DNA from: a bacterium
GTDB lineage: Bacteria > Patescibacteriota > Microgenomatia > Curtissbacterales > GWA2-41-24
NCBI GenBank assembly: GCA_021813125.1
Contig: JAKALT010000001.1
Coordinates: 23-64,022, forward strand
Direction: 5' to 3'
Length of the DNA stretch: 64,000 bases
The notes below the pieces were generated by a model. It was not told where the DNA came from, searched no databases, and saw only the letters and a list, made by a program, of their open reading frames with translations. The position numbers and the translations under genes were made by a program. Every line of letters starts with the position of its first letter. Position 1 is the stretch's first letter. Below, one piece after another: positions 1 through 8,773 of this stretch.

Positions 1-314
<314 letters not shown>

Positions 315-383
315 GAAGCCAAATACTACTCGACACAAAAAGTTATCATTGATATAATATCCAAACGAATTTAAAAGGTATTT

Positions 384-851
384 ATGCCAACTATAAACCA
401 ACTGATTCGAAAAGGACGAAGCACAAAACCTAAAAGGATTAGGGCAACTGCAATGCGACGTGCTTTTAATTCTAAATTCAACCGTTATGTAGCGTATCCA
501 TCCAGCCAAAAACGGGGTGTTTGCACTGTGGTAAAAACTATGACCCCTAAAAAGCCTAACTCCGCTCTTCGAAAAGTCGCTCGTGTACGCCTTTCAAATA
601 AGCAGGAGGTTACAGCCTATATACCCGGTATCGGCCATGAACTTGCCGAACACTCAGTCGTACTGGTCAGAGGTGGAAGGGTAAAAGATCTCCCGGGTGT
701 TAAATACCACATTATTCGCGGAAAATACGACACCACAGGTGTTGTTAACCGCAAACAGGGAAGATCTTTATATGGAACTAAAAAATCTGGTGCGGTTTCT
801 GGGGTACAAGCCGCAGCCTCAGTGGGCGCCGGTGCAGTGGGTGGACAATAA
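384..851 (+). CDS. rpsL: 30S ribosomal protein uS12, with Gly/Ala-rich C-terminal extension
   Basis: [40 protein letters not shown]. Confidence 0.99.
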   Translation: MPTINQLIRKGRSTKPKRIRATAMRRAFNSKFNRYVAYPSSQKRGVCTVVKTMTPKKPNSALRKVARVRLSNKQEVTAYIPGIGHELAEHSVVLVRGGRVKDLPGVKYHIIRGKYDTTGVVNRKQGRSLYGTKKSGAVSGVQAAASVGAGAVGGQ

Positions 852-881
852 TGAAAAATCAAGGTTGTTCAGCATATAAAT

Positions 882-914
882 ACTTTTCACTTTTCACTTT
901 TCACTTTTCACTTT
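882..914 (+). repeat. Tandem heptamer (ACTTTTC)x4.7 in the rpsL-rpsG spacer
   Basis: acttttc acttttc acttttc acttttc acttt, followed by gcgaccgaagggagc. Confidence 0.95.
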
Positions 915-935
915 GCGACCGAAGGGAGCAATAAC

Positions 936-1433
936 ATGCCAAGAACTGGAAAAATTGAAAAACGACTTATACAGCCAGACCCGCTTTACCAAAACCCTAT
1001 GGTTGCCAGGTTAATAAATAAGGTTATGCAAAGCGGAAAAAAATCTGTCGCACAAAAAATTGTCTACGAATCGTTTCAAAACATAAAAGAAAATGGCCAA
1101 GACCCGCTGAAGACTTTTGAAAAAGCGCTTGAAAATGTTATGCCTAAAATGGAAGTAAGGCCCCGCCGCGTTGGTGGTGCTTCTTACATGGTACCCATGG
1201 AAGTAAGGGGCTCCAGACGCCAATCACTTGCCCTTTCCTGGATTGTAGAAGCAGCAAGATCTCAAGCTGCGTCCAGTGTTGTCCAAAAACCAAAAAATAA
1301 ACCGCTTATGATAGTGAAATTAACAGATGAAATCGTAAAAGCAGCAGAGGGAACCGGGAGCGCAGTCGCGAAAAAGGAGGGAATGCATCGCATGGCAGAG
1401 GCCAACAAAGCTTTTGCCCACTTTAGGTGGTAA
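936..1433 (+). CDS. rpsG: 30S ribosomal protein uS7
   Basis: GKKSVAQKIVY, EVRPRRVGGASYMVP, HRMAEANKAFAHFRW. Confidence 0.99.
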   Translation: MPRTGKIEKRLIQPDPLYQNPMVARLINKVMQSGKKSVAQKIVYESFQNIKENGQDPLKTFEKALENVMPKMEVRPRRVGGASYMVPMEVRGSRRQSLALSWIVEAARSQAASSVVQKPKNKPLMIVKLTDEIVKAAEGTGSAVAKKEGMHRMAEANKAFAHFRW

Positions 1434-1535
1434 TCTCCAACCTAAATATTCGTCCATTTCAAGTTCTAGATAATAATTGACTCTTGTGATATGATCCTGC
1501 ATTAGTTTTCAATTTTTTAGTAAAATTTTAAAGAT

Positions 1536-1784
1536 ATGGCTATATCAAAAAATCAAAAATTAAAACAACTTAAAGCGAAGCTTACAGAGCTCGAAGAAGT
1601 AAAGTTAAAACAAGCACTTGCTAAATATGGTGAAGCTTACCAGGAATCAAGTTCGGCTTGGCAGGAAAATGCCGCTTGGGAACTTGCAGACGAGGAAGTT
1701 TCCGTTCTTAGAGCTATGGTTGCCGAAGTAAAAGGTGAAATTAAAAGCTTAGAGCACCAAGTAGAGTCAAAGTCAAAACAATAA
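1536..1784 (+). CDS. Small coiled-coil protein resembling the GreA/GreB N-terminal domain only
   Basis: Helix-tip-helix with SAWQENAAWELADEE resembling GreA GDLxENAEYxAAKEE; no C-terminal domain. Confidence 0.6.
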   Translation: MAISKNQKLKQLKAKLTELEEVKLKQALAKYGEAYQESSSAWQENAAWELADEEVSVLRAMVAEVKGEIKSLEHQVESKSKQ

Positions 1785-1847
1785 TTCCCCACAACTATGC
1801 CCAAGAAAGACTCTAATATCAAGATAAATCAGCTAAAGGATTTTTAA

Positions 1848-3989
1848 ATGGCTACTAATACTACAAACAGATTATATCCGCTCGATCGAATCCGAAACAT
1901 CGGTATCATTGCTCATATCGACGCGGGCAAAACGACAACCACGGAAAGAATCCTCTTCTATACCGGTAAATCCTACAAACTCGGTGATATCGACGAAGGT
2001 ACAACTGTTACCGACTGGATGGAGCAGGAAAAAGAAAGGGGAATAACCATAGTTTCCGCAGCCGTCACTGCATTTTGGACCCCAAAGGCGGGTCTAATGA
2101 AAGACATCGAAACCCGCATCAACATCATTGACACTCCCGGACACGTTGATTTTACGGCCGAAGTCGAAAGGTCACTGCGCGTTCTAGACGGTGGAGTAAC
2201 GGTCCTCGACGCCGAAGAAGGCGTCCAGTCACAATCCGAAACCGTTTGGCGTCAGGCAGACAAATACAATGTTCCGAGGATTTGTTTTGTTAACAAAATG
2301 GACAAAATGGGGGCAGATTATTTTGCAACGCTAAAATCTATACGCGAGCGCCTGGGCGCACCGGCGGTTCCATACAACATTCCAATAGGCAGTGAAAATG
2401 ACTTCCGCGGAGTAGTTGATCTTATAACCAAAAAAGCCTTTGTCTGGGAAGCAGACCCAAAGGGTCTTGGTAAGGAATTCAAAGAAGAAGAAATCCCGGA
2501 AAATTTAAAAGATGAGGTCGAAAAGTGGCGCGCCGAACTTGTTGAAAAGATCGCCGAAACGGATGATAGCCTGACGGAAAAATTTCTTGCGGGCGAAGAA
2601 ATAACGGAAGCCGAACTCAAAAGCGCTTTGCGTGCAGCGGTTATCAAATACAAAATCGTGCCGGTGTTGGCAGGTTCATCACTTAGAAACAAAGGTGTCC
2701 AACCGCTCCTGGACGCGGTTGTCGAATATCTTCCCTCCCCGCAGGATATTGAGACAATCGAAGGAACAAATCCTAAAACCGCCGAAAAAGAAGTCCGCAA
2801 GTTGGTAATGGAAGAACCCTTTGCAGGGCTTGCATTTAAAATTCAAATCGATCCCCATGTTGGAAAGCTCACCTACGTCCGTGTTTACTCCGGTACTCTA
2901 AAATCGGGCACGTCAGTTCTAAACACGACCAAACATGACCGCGAAAGGATTGGCAGGATTCTTTTGATGCATGCCAACACGCGCGAAGAAATAACCGAAG
3001 CTTACGCTGGTGAAATTGTGGCGATCGTCGGCCTTAAAGGAACAGGAACAGGGGATACACTTTGTGACGAAGCCCACCCAATTATTCTCGAATCGATTTC
3101 CTTCCCTGAGCCGGTTATATCACTGGCCATTGAACCACAAACAAAAGCGGACCAGGAAAAACTAGGGTATGCACTAGGTCGTCTTAGCGAAGAAGATCCG
3201 ACATTCAGAATCAAAGGTGATCCGGAAACGGGACAAACCATCATCTCCGGGATGGGCGAACTGCATTTGGAAATTTTGGTAGATCGCCTGAAGCGTGAAT
3301 TTTCCGTCGGCGCCAATGTCGGCTCCCCACAGGTTGCCTACCGCGAAACCATTAAAGAGACCGCAACTGGTGAAGGTAAATATATCCGTCAATCAGGTGG
3401 CCGTGGTCAGTACGGCCATTGTTTCCTTAGAGTTGAGCCAAAACCAAGGGGTGAAGGTTACGAATATAAATCCGAAGTTAAAGGTGGCGCTATTCCGCAG
3501 GAATATATCCCGTCTATCGAAAAAGGTGTACGCGAAAAAATGGAAATGGGTGTCCTTGCAGGATATCCTTTGGTCGATATGAAAGTCATTGTCTACGACG
3601 GAACCTACCACGATGTAGATTCTTCCGATATTGCTTTCAAAATCGCAGGATCTATGGCACTGGAAGAAGCAGCTAAACACGCCAAACTAGTTTTACTGGA
3701 ACCTATAATGAAAGTGGAAGTTACTGTCCCCGAAGAATTTATGGGCGATGTAATCGGAGATTTATCAAGTAAACGTGCTCAGATCCACGGTTCGGATCAT
3801 CACGGCAATTCCGTTATCATCAACGCACTTGTCCCCTTGGCTGAAATGTCAGGCTACGTCACAACTTTAAGGTCCATGACGCAAGGCCGCGGTTCCGCTT
3901 ACATGGAACCATCCCACTACGACGAAGTCCCCACCAATATCTCCGACAAGATAGTTGCAAAAAACAAGGGCGAGAAAAAAGAAAGCTAG
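1848..3989 (+). CDS. fusA: Elongation factor G
   Basis: [41 protein letters not shown]. Confidence 0.99.
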   Translation: MATNTTNRLYPLDRIRNIGIIAHIDAGKTTTTERILFYTGKSYKLGDIDEGTTVTDWMEQEKERGITIVSAAVTAFWTPKAGLMKDIETRINIIDTPGHVDFTAEVERSLRVLDGGVTVLDAEEGVQSQSETVWRQADKYNVPRICFVNKMDKMGADYFATLKSIRERLGAPAVPYNIPIGSENDFRGVVDLITKKAFVWEADPKGLGKEFKEEEIPENLKDEVEKWRAELVEKIAETDDSLTEKFLAGEEITEAELKSALRAAVIKYKIVPVLAGSSLRNKGVQPLLDAVVEYLPSPQDIETIEGTNPKTAEKEVRKLVMEEPFAGLAFKIQIDPHVGKLTYVRVYSGTLKSGTSVLNTTKHDRERIGRILLMHANTREEITEAYAGEIVAIVGLKGTGTGDTLCDEAHPIILESISFPEPVISLAIEPQTKADQEKLGYALGRLSEEDPTFRIKGDPETGQTIISGMGELHLEILVDRLKREFSVGANVGSPQVAYRETIKETATGEGKYIRQSGGRGQYGHCFLRVEPKPRGEGYEYKSEVKGGAIPQEYIPSIEKGVREKMEMGVLAGYPLVDMKVIVYDGTYHDVDSSDIAFKIAGSMALEEAAKHAKLVLLEPIMKVEVTVPEEFMGDVIGDLSSKRAQIHGSDHHGNSVIINALVPLAEMSGYVTTLRSMTQGRGSAYMEPSHYDEVPTNISDKIVAKNKGEKKES
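3900..3989 (+). repeat. Left copy of a 90-bp direct repeat (functional fusA 3' end)
   Basis: 81/90 identical to 4998-5087. Confidence 0.95.
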
Positions 3990-3998
3990 CCCTATAGT

Positions 3999-4027
3999 TT
4001 GACATTCACCTATAAAAAGTATAAAAT
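3999..4027 (+). promoter_or_regulatory. Sigma70 promoter of the 4037 ORF
   Basis: TTGACA (3999-4004), 17-nt spacer, TAAAAT (4022-4027). Confidence 0.75.
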
Positions 4028-4036
4028 TCATTCCTT

Positions 4037-4354
4037 ATGAATCGGGAAAATGATTATCTTGGAGGTTTACTCAGACATTATGTTTCTGGTCGCCAAGGAG
4101 ATGAAGATTACTTAAGACCACAAATTGATCTTTTTGATGGAGAAATCCAAGGTTTTCAAGTTGGAGATCGTATTAGATTTTCTGATGAAGCCTATGAACA
4201 GTTTAGAGGCAAGGAAGCAAGGGTTGCAGGCTTCGACAGCGATTTCAATATCTGGACCCAAATGGACGGTGAAAGTGGCTATAGTAGGACACCAAGAGAG
4301 TTTGCCCATAGAGCATTTACATTAGTCAGACGTGAGGAAGTGTCTGACAAGTAA
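4037..4354 (+). CDS. Hypothetical protein, possible SH3/KOW-like domain
   Basis: 105-aa ORF with its own promoter; FQVGDRIRF...GKEARVAGFD pattern. Confidence 0.65.
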   Translation: MNRENDYLGGLLRHYVSGRQGDEDYLRPQIDLFDGEIQGFQVGDRIRFSDEAYEQFRGKEARVAGFDSDFNIWTQMDGESGYSRTPREFAHRAFTLVRREEVSDK

Positions 4355-4401
4355 TTTCTGCTAAAATCTTCTTGTGAAACTACTTTTAACTTCAAACGGT
4401 C

Positions 4402-4671
4402 TTATTTGCCGTAAACTTGATTATGCGTTCCGATATCTACAAAATAGGCGATATTTTTATGAATATAGTAAACAACCCTAATGTCTCCGGTTACGGAAAA
4501 AGCGTGTTTTCCTAACATTTTCTTGCCAAGCGCATGATTTTTAAGAATCGGGTCATTTTCATTTACAACGAATAATCTTAACTTTTCTTCAAACCTTAGC
4601 TTTACATTTGGCTTGTTTGAAAAACGTTTTTTGTAAATTTTGACAAATTCATGAGTAAACTCTACCTTCAT
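4402..4671 (-). CDS. Type II toxin, RelE/YafQ-like mRNA interferase
   Basis: 89 aa, basic; LKNHAL, DIRVVY and C-terminal IGTHNQVY; overlaps the antitoxin stop (ATGA). Confidence 0.9.
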   Translation of the reverse strand: MKVEFTHEFVKIYKKRFSNKPNVKLRFEEKLRLFVVNENDPILKNHALGKKMLGKHAFSVTGDIRVVYYIHKNIAYFVDIGTHNQVYGK

Positions 4672-4955
4672 GAACGAAGCAGAGTAAGAAGCTCATCTAC
4701 GTTTTTGGTTTTTGTAACATTTTTGCCGGCTTTTATATCGCTGACCGCGCGCTTAAACTTTGCTTCTGCCGCGGGAGAAAGATGATGAATTTCCTCAACA
4801 GGTTCAATTGTCATTGCCAGCTCGTTTTTGGAAAGCTTTGTAAGAAGTACCCGAATTGCTTCCTGCAGCGAAGAAAAACCCATCTCGGAAGAAGCGCTTT
4901 GCGCATTAATTTTTAATTCACGGCTCATTGGAACTTGTAAAATTACTCTTTGCAT
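4668..4955 (-). CDS. Antitoxin (ribbon-helix-helix, RelB/DinJ-like)
   Basis: Upstream of and coupled to the toxin; VILQVPM beta strand then GFSSLQEAIRVLL; DIKAGK...NVDELL tail; ATG at 4955 chosen from promoter position. Confidence 0.8.
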   Translation of the reverse strand: MQRVILQVPMSRELKINAQSASSEMGFSSLQEAIRVLLTKLSKNELAMTIEPVEEIHHLSPAAEAKFKRAVSDIKAGKNVTKTKNVDELLTLLRS

Positions 4956-4992
4956 ACAATACAATTATATAGTTTTTGTATGTTTATGTCAA
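4953..4992 (-). promoter_or_regulatory. Consensus TA promoter with overlapping inverted repeat (putative operator)
   Basis: Minus strand TTGACA (4992-4987), 17-nt spacer, TATAAT (4969-4964); IR catacaa (4953-4959) / ttgtatg (4976-4982). Confidence 0.8.
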
Positions 4993-4997
4993 CTACC

Positions 4998-5087
4998 TAC
5001 ATGGAACCATCCCATTACGACGAAGTCCCAACAAATATCTCCGACAAAATCGTCGCCAAAAACAAGGGCGAGAAAAAAGAAAGTTAA
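4998..5087 (+). repeat. Right copy of the direct repeat: detached fusA 3' end (29 codons plus stop)
   Basis: Encodes the same [29 protein letters not shown]; 9 differences, all at third codon positions. Confidence 0.95.
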
Positions 5088-5135
5088 TTTCTTCTTATAA
5101 ATTTATCTCCAAATATTTTGCTATACTGAAATTAA

Positions 5136-5918
5136 GTGAAAAAAGGTTTTACACCGATTTTTATTTTAATTTCGGCAGGCGTGCTAATCATAGCTACAGC
5201 ATTCATTTTTTTTGCAAAGGTAACTGCTCAAAAGGCTACAACTCTTTCTATACCACCAAAACAGTCAATTAACTCAAGAACAAATAGCTCACCCTCAGCG
5301 ACTATTGCTTTAAAAACACCAATCACGTCTAGTCCAACTCCAACAGATGATCCAAACAACTTTGGTAAGCTTGTCAATAATTATACGAAACAATTTAATG
5401 CAAACGATGTTGGAATAAATTCATCACTACTTTCCGGAAAGCAAGTTTCATATTTGATTTCTCGATTCCATCAAAAAGAAATAACCGAAAAGAAAATTAT
5501 AATTAGTGATACCCCATCTTATGAAGCTGTAGAAGTATGGGAATTCCCGAAAAGTTCGAATCAAACTACCTCTAATCCTGATTATGCTATTTTTTCGGGC
5601 TATGAAAATTATGCCGGTTGGCCAACCTACTTAAAGGATATTGAGTCAGGTTGGAAAGAATTCTATACCAATTCCAATTCAATCAAATTTGGATTTTCTT
5701 ATGATGGTGGTCCCCATTATCTTCAAAACGTAATCCTAGAATCATTTCAAAACTCTTCTGTAAATGGAAATCCAATATTTATCAGGCTATATATGAACAC
5801 TTCTTCAATGGTCTTTACAGATAATTTAAATTGGGAAGATATAATTAACAAACCAGCCATATTAGAAGCAAAAGATAAAATAAAACAACTTGCAGATACC
5901 ATTTCCCTCGTAAAGTAA
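5136..5918 (+). CDS. Membrane-anchored/secreted protein with prepilin-like N-terminus
   Basis: MKKGF followed by a hydrophobic helix and an S/T/P-rich linker; extended -10 TGCTATACT just upstream. Confidence 0.75.
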   Translation: MKKGFTPIFILISAGVLIIATAFIFFAKVTAQKATTLSIPPKQSINSRTNSSPSATIALKTPITSSPTPTDDPNNFGKLVNNYTKQFNANDVGINSSLLSGKQVSYLISRFHQKEITEKKIIISDTPSYEAVEVWEFPKSSNQTTSNPDYAIFSGYENYAGWPTYLKDIESGWKEFYTNSNSIKFGFSYDGGPHYLQNVILESFQNSSVNGNPIFIRLYMNTSSMVFTDNLNWEDIINKPAILEAKDKIKQLADTISLVK

Positions 5919-5965
5919 ACCATACTTTCCATATCGTCACGAAAAATGTTTTTTACTTTTGGGGC

Positions 5966-5994
5966 TTGCATTTTGGCAAATTTTTATTTAAACT
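5966..5994 (+). promoter_or_regulatory. Probable tuf promoter
   Basis: TTGCAT, 17-nt spacer, TAAACT; leader hairpin tcagcc/ggctga follows. Confidence 0.5.
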
Positions 5995-6049
5995 ATCCAA
6001 ACTGGTCAGCCTTGATGGGCTGATTGTGCTTTTATAACCAAAAAATATC

Positions 6050-7234
6050 ATGGCAACAGGAAAATACGAAAGAAGTAAACCGCACGTAAATATAGGGACA
6101 ATTGGCCACGTCGATCACGGCAAGACAACATTGACCGCGGCAATAACATCGGTCCTTTCCAAAAAAGGTTTGGCGGAAGCAAAAGCTTTCGACCAGATTG
6201 ACAACGCTCCCGAAGAGAAGCAACGCGGAATTACAATCAACATTACCCACGTCGAGTACGAAACCGAAAAGCGTCACTATGCCCACATTGACGCTCCGGG
6301 CCACGCAGACTACATCAAAAACATGATAACAGGCGCCGCTCAAATGGACGGCGCAATTCTTGTGGTTTCAGCTCCCGACGGCCCAATGCCTCAGACCCGC
6401 GAACACGTTCTTTTAGCTCGCCAGGTAAATGTGCCGGCAATTGTCGTTTTCCTCAACAAGTGCGACATGGTTCAGGATGCCGAACTTTTGGATCTGGTTG
6501 AACTTGAAGTCCGTGAACTTCTGGACAAATACGAATACGACGGCAAAAACGCAACCATCATTCGTGGCTCAGCTAAAAAAGCACTCGAAGGTGATGCCGA
6601 TTCCGTCAAAGCCATCGAAGATCTCATGGCCGCGGTCGACGAAAAAATCCCAACCCCCGTTCGCGATCTGGACAAACCATTTTTGATGCCTGTCGAAGAC
6701 GTTTTCTCGATTAAAGGTCGGGGAACTGTTGTCACCGGCAGAGTCGAGCGTGGAGTCGTTAAAGTAAACGACGAAATTGAAATCGTAGGAATCCGCCCGA
6801 CCAAAAAAACAGTTGTCACAGGAGTTGAAATGTTCCGAAAGGAACTCGACCAGGGCCAGGCCGGCGACAATATTGGAGTATTGCTGCGTGGTATCGAAAA
6901 AGACGATGTAGAACGCGGACAGGTTTTGGCAAAAACTGGTAGCGCAACTCCCCACACCGAATTTGAAGCCGAAGTTTATATTTTAACCAAAGAAGAAGGT
7001 GGTCGGCACACTCCATTTTTCACCGGTTACCGACCGCAGTTTTACATCCGAACAACCGATGTTACAGGGGAAGCCACGTTGCCGGAAGGCACCGAAATGG
7101 TAATGCCCGGTGACAATATTAAAATGAAGGTTAAGCTCATTGTCCCCGTTGCACTCGAAGAAGGCCTTAGGTTTGCCATCCGTGAGGGTGGTCATACTGT
7201 AGGCGCCGGAGTAGTTTCCAAAGTAGTTGCCTAA
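6050..7234 (+). CDS. tuf: Elongation factor Tu
   Basis: [32 protein letters not shown]. Confidence 0.99.
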   Translation: MATGKYERSKPHVNIGTIGHVDHGKTTLTAAITSVLSKKGLAEAKAFDQIDNAPEEKQRGITINITHVEYETEKRHYAHIDAPGHADYIKNMITGAAQMDGAILVVSAPDGPMPQTREHVLLARQVNVPAIVVFLNKCDMVQDAELLDLVELEVRELLDKYEYDGKNATIIRGSAKKALEGDADSVKAIEDLMAAVDEKIPTPVRDLDKPFLMPVEDVFSIKGRGTVVTGRVERGVVKVNDEIEIVGIRPTKKTVVTGVEMFRKELDQGQAGDNIGVLLRGIEKDDVERGQVLAKTGSATPHTEFEAEVYILTKEEGGRHTPFFTGYRPQFYIRTTDVTGEATLPEGTEMVMPGDNIKMKVKLIVPVALEEGLRFAIREGGHTVGAGVVSKVVA

Positions 7235-7237
7235 AGC

Positions 7238-7263
7238 AAAAGCCCGTCAAAAGCGGGTTTTTT
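7238..7263 (+). terminator. Rho-independent terminator after tuf
   Basis: aaaagcccg-tcaaaag-cgggtttttt. Confidence 0.8.
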
Positions 7264-7332
7264 ACTTTTCCGGAAGCAATTTTTATTATGATTATTGTTA
7301 GATTCGGTCAAGAACCACAAACCTCATAATAT

Positions 7333-7362
7333 TTGCTTCTCAGGCACAAACTTTGCTATAAT
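7333..7362 (+). promoter_or_regulatory. S10 operon promoter
   Basis: TTGCTT (7333-7338) and extended -10 TGcTATAAT (7354-7362). Confidence 0.65.
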
Positions 7363-7450
7363 TTTGCGTTTAGCAAAATTAGCTAAGCACTAGCGAAACT
7401 TAATTTACCACCCGTAAATTTTTCGGGTAGCACTTTAAAAGGTAATAATC

Positions 7451-7759
7451 ATGCCTAAAGGAAGAATACGAGTCAAGTTAAAAGCTTACGATGGTCGAGT
7501 AATCGATGCGGCTTGTCGTGACATCATCAACACTGCCCTGTCAACCGGGGCTAAAATCTCTGGTCCCATCCCGCTTCCCACAAAAATCGAAAAGTATATT
7601 GTCTTAACAAGCCCCCACACAGACAAAAATGCCAGAGAACAGTTTGAAATGCGAACTCACAAAAGATTAATCGACATAATCGAACCTACCAACAAAACAA
7701 TTGACTCTCTAACTCATTTAGACTTACCGGCAGGCGTGAATATCGAACTCAAGATGTAG
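7451..7759 (+). CDS. rpsJ: 30S ribosomal protein uS10
   Basis: [32 protein letters not shown]. Confidence 0.99.
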   Translation: MPKGRIRVKLKAYDGRVIDAACRDIINTALSTGAKISGPIPLPTKIEKYIVLTSPHTDKNAREQFEMRTHKRLIDIIEPTNKTIDSLTHLDLPAGVNIELKM

Positions 7760-7764
7760 GTAAA

Positions 7765-7849
7765 AAATTCGAAGCACGAAACCCGAAATCCGAAACAAAA
7801 TGCTAATTTTCGAATTTCGAATTTAGGATTTCGAATTTCAAATTTGGGG
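7765..7849. repeat. Inverted pair of degenerate heptamer arrays
   Basis: aaattcg aagcacg aaacccg aaatccg aaac... facing tttcgaa tttcgaa tttagga tttcgaa tttcaaa tttgggg. Confidence 0.9.
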
Positions 7850-7996
7850 GTTGTGGTTAAAAATTAAATAATCGACACAAGATCGATTAACGAAAAACAG
7901 AATAACGTTAATCGGTGGGACACCTGAAACCCTGATTTGCCTAACCGCGACAGTTTAATTTAAGGAGTCCTACCTTTTTGCTGTAAAAAAGGAAAA

Positions 7997-8773
7997 ATGA
8001 TAAATAGTTTGCTTGGTACAAAACAAAATATGACCGTAAGGTTTACAAAGCAAGGCGCGAGAGTTGCCGTAACTAATGTGATGGTCGAACCTAATGTAGT
8101 TTTAAATATTGTAGAAGGCAAGACCGTACTTGGTGTTGGCCAAAGGAAAAAAATCAAAAAAACAGATGGCATGTATGTTAAGGCAGCAGGTATTATGCCG
8201 CGATTTATAAAAGAGATAAAATCCGAAAAATCGGAAAATATCAAATCCGGAGACAAAATAACTGTCTCCGTTTTTGAACCAGGTGACGAAATTAAGGTAA
8301 CGGGTACTACCAAAGGGAAAGGGTTTGCAGGCGGAGTCAAAAGATGGGGATTTCGTGGTGGTCCAAAAACTCACGGCCAGTCCGACAGGCATCGCGCCCC
8401 AGGATCAATCGGGGCAGGTACCACTCCTGGCCGTGTTTATAAGGGTAAACATATGGCAGGCCATATGGGTGCTTCGCAAATCACCGTTACCGGGTTGGAA
8501 GTTATAGATGTTGATTCCACAAACAACATTTTAACTGTAAAAGGTGCAATTCCCGGCGCCAAAAACGGTTTTTTGGTAATTGAAAAAACCGGGAAAGTAA
8601 AAGGCTATACACCACCTCCCCCCCCAAACGAAGAAAAAGCTGCCGAAAAAGAAGAACAAGCAGAAGAAGAAGCAAAAGCAGCAAAGGCTGAAGCGTCTGA
8701 AAATCAAACCGAAGTTGTAGAGCAGGAGTCTCAGCCTCAGACTGAATCAGAAGGAGGGGAAAATGCCGGCTAA
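7997..8773 (+). CDS. rplC: 50S ribosomal protein uL3, with acidic C-terminal extension
   Basis: KGKGFAGGVKRW, THGQSDRHRAPGSIG, KGKHMAGHMG. Confidence 0.98.
   Translation: MINSLLGTKQNMTVRFTKQGARVAVTNVMVEPNVVLNIVEGKTVLGVGQRKKIKKTDGMYVKAAGIMPRFIKEIKSEKSENIKSGDKITVSVFEPGDEIKVTGTTKGKGFAGGVKRWGFRGGPKTHGQSDRHRAPGSIGAGTTPGRVYKGKHMAGHMGASQITVTGLEVIDVDSTNNILTVKGAIPGAKNGFLVIEKTGKVKGYTPPPPPNEEKAAEKEEQAEEEAKAAKAEASENQTEVVEQESQPQTESEGGENAG

Larger units (their letters stand above)
3990..4997. mobile_element. ~1 kb islet (hypothetical gene plus TA module) bounded by the duplicated fusA 3' end; no integrase
   Basis: Flanked by direct repeats 3900-3989 and 4998-5087; carries a TA pair; a consensus promoter points inward at each end. 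Confidence 0.7.

Noticed and set aside
882-914. Possible CRISPR array (also considered 7765-7849)
   Set aside because: Units are 7 nt with no unique spacers, and no cas genes are in the window
4828-5272. ORF-track entries 4828-5100 and 4976-5272
   Set aside because: They overlap the antitoxin, its promoter and the duplicated fusA tail out of frame; no recognisable protein signal
3990-5918. Prophage or autonomous integrative element at fusA
   Set aside because: No integrase, transposase or phage gene is recognisable; kept only as a non-autonomous islet
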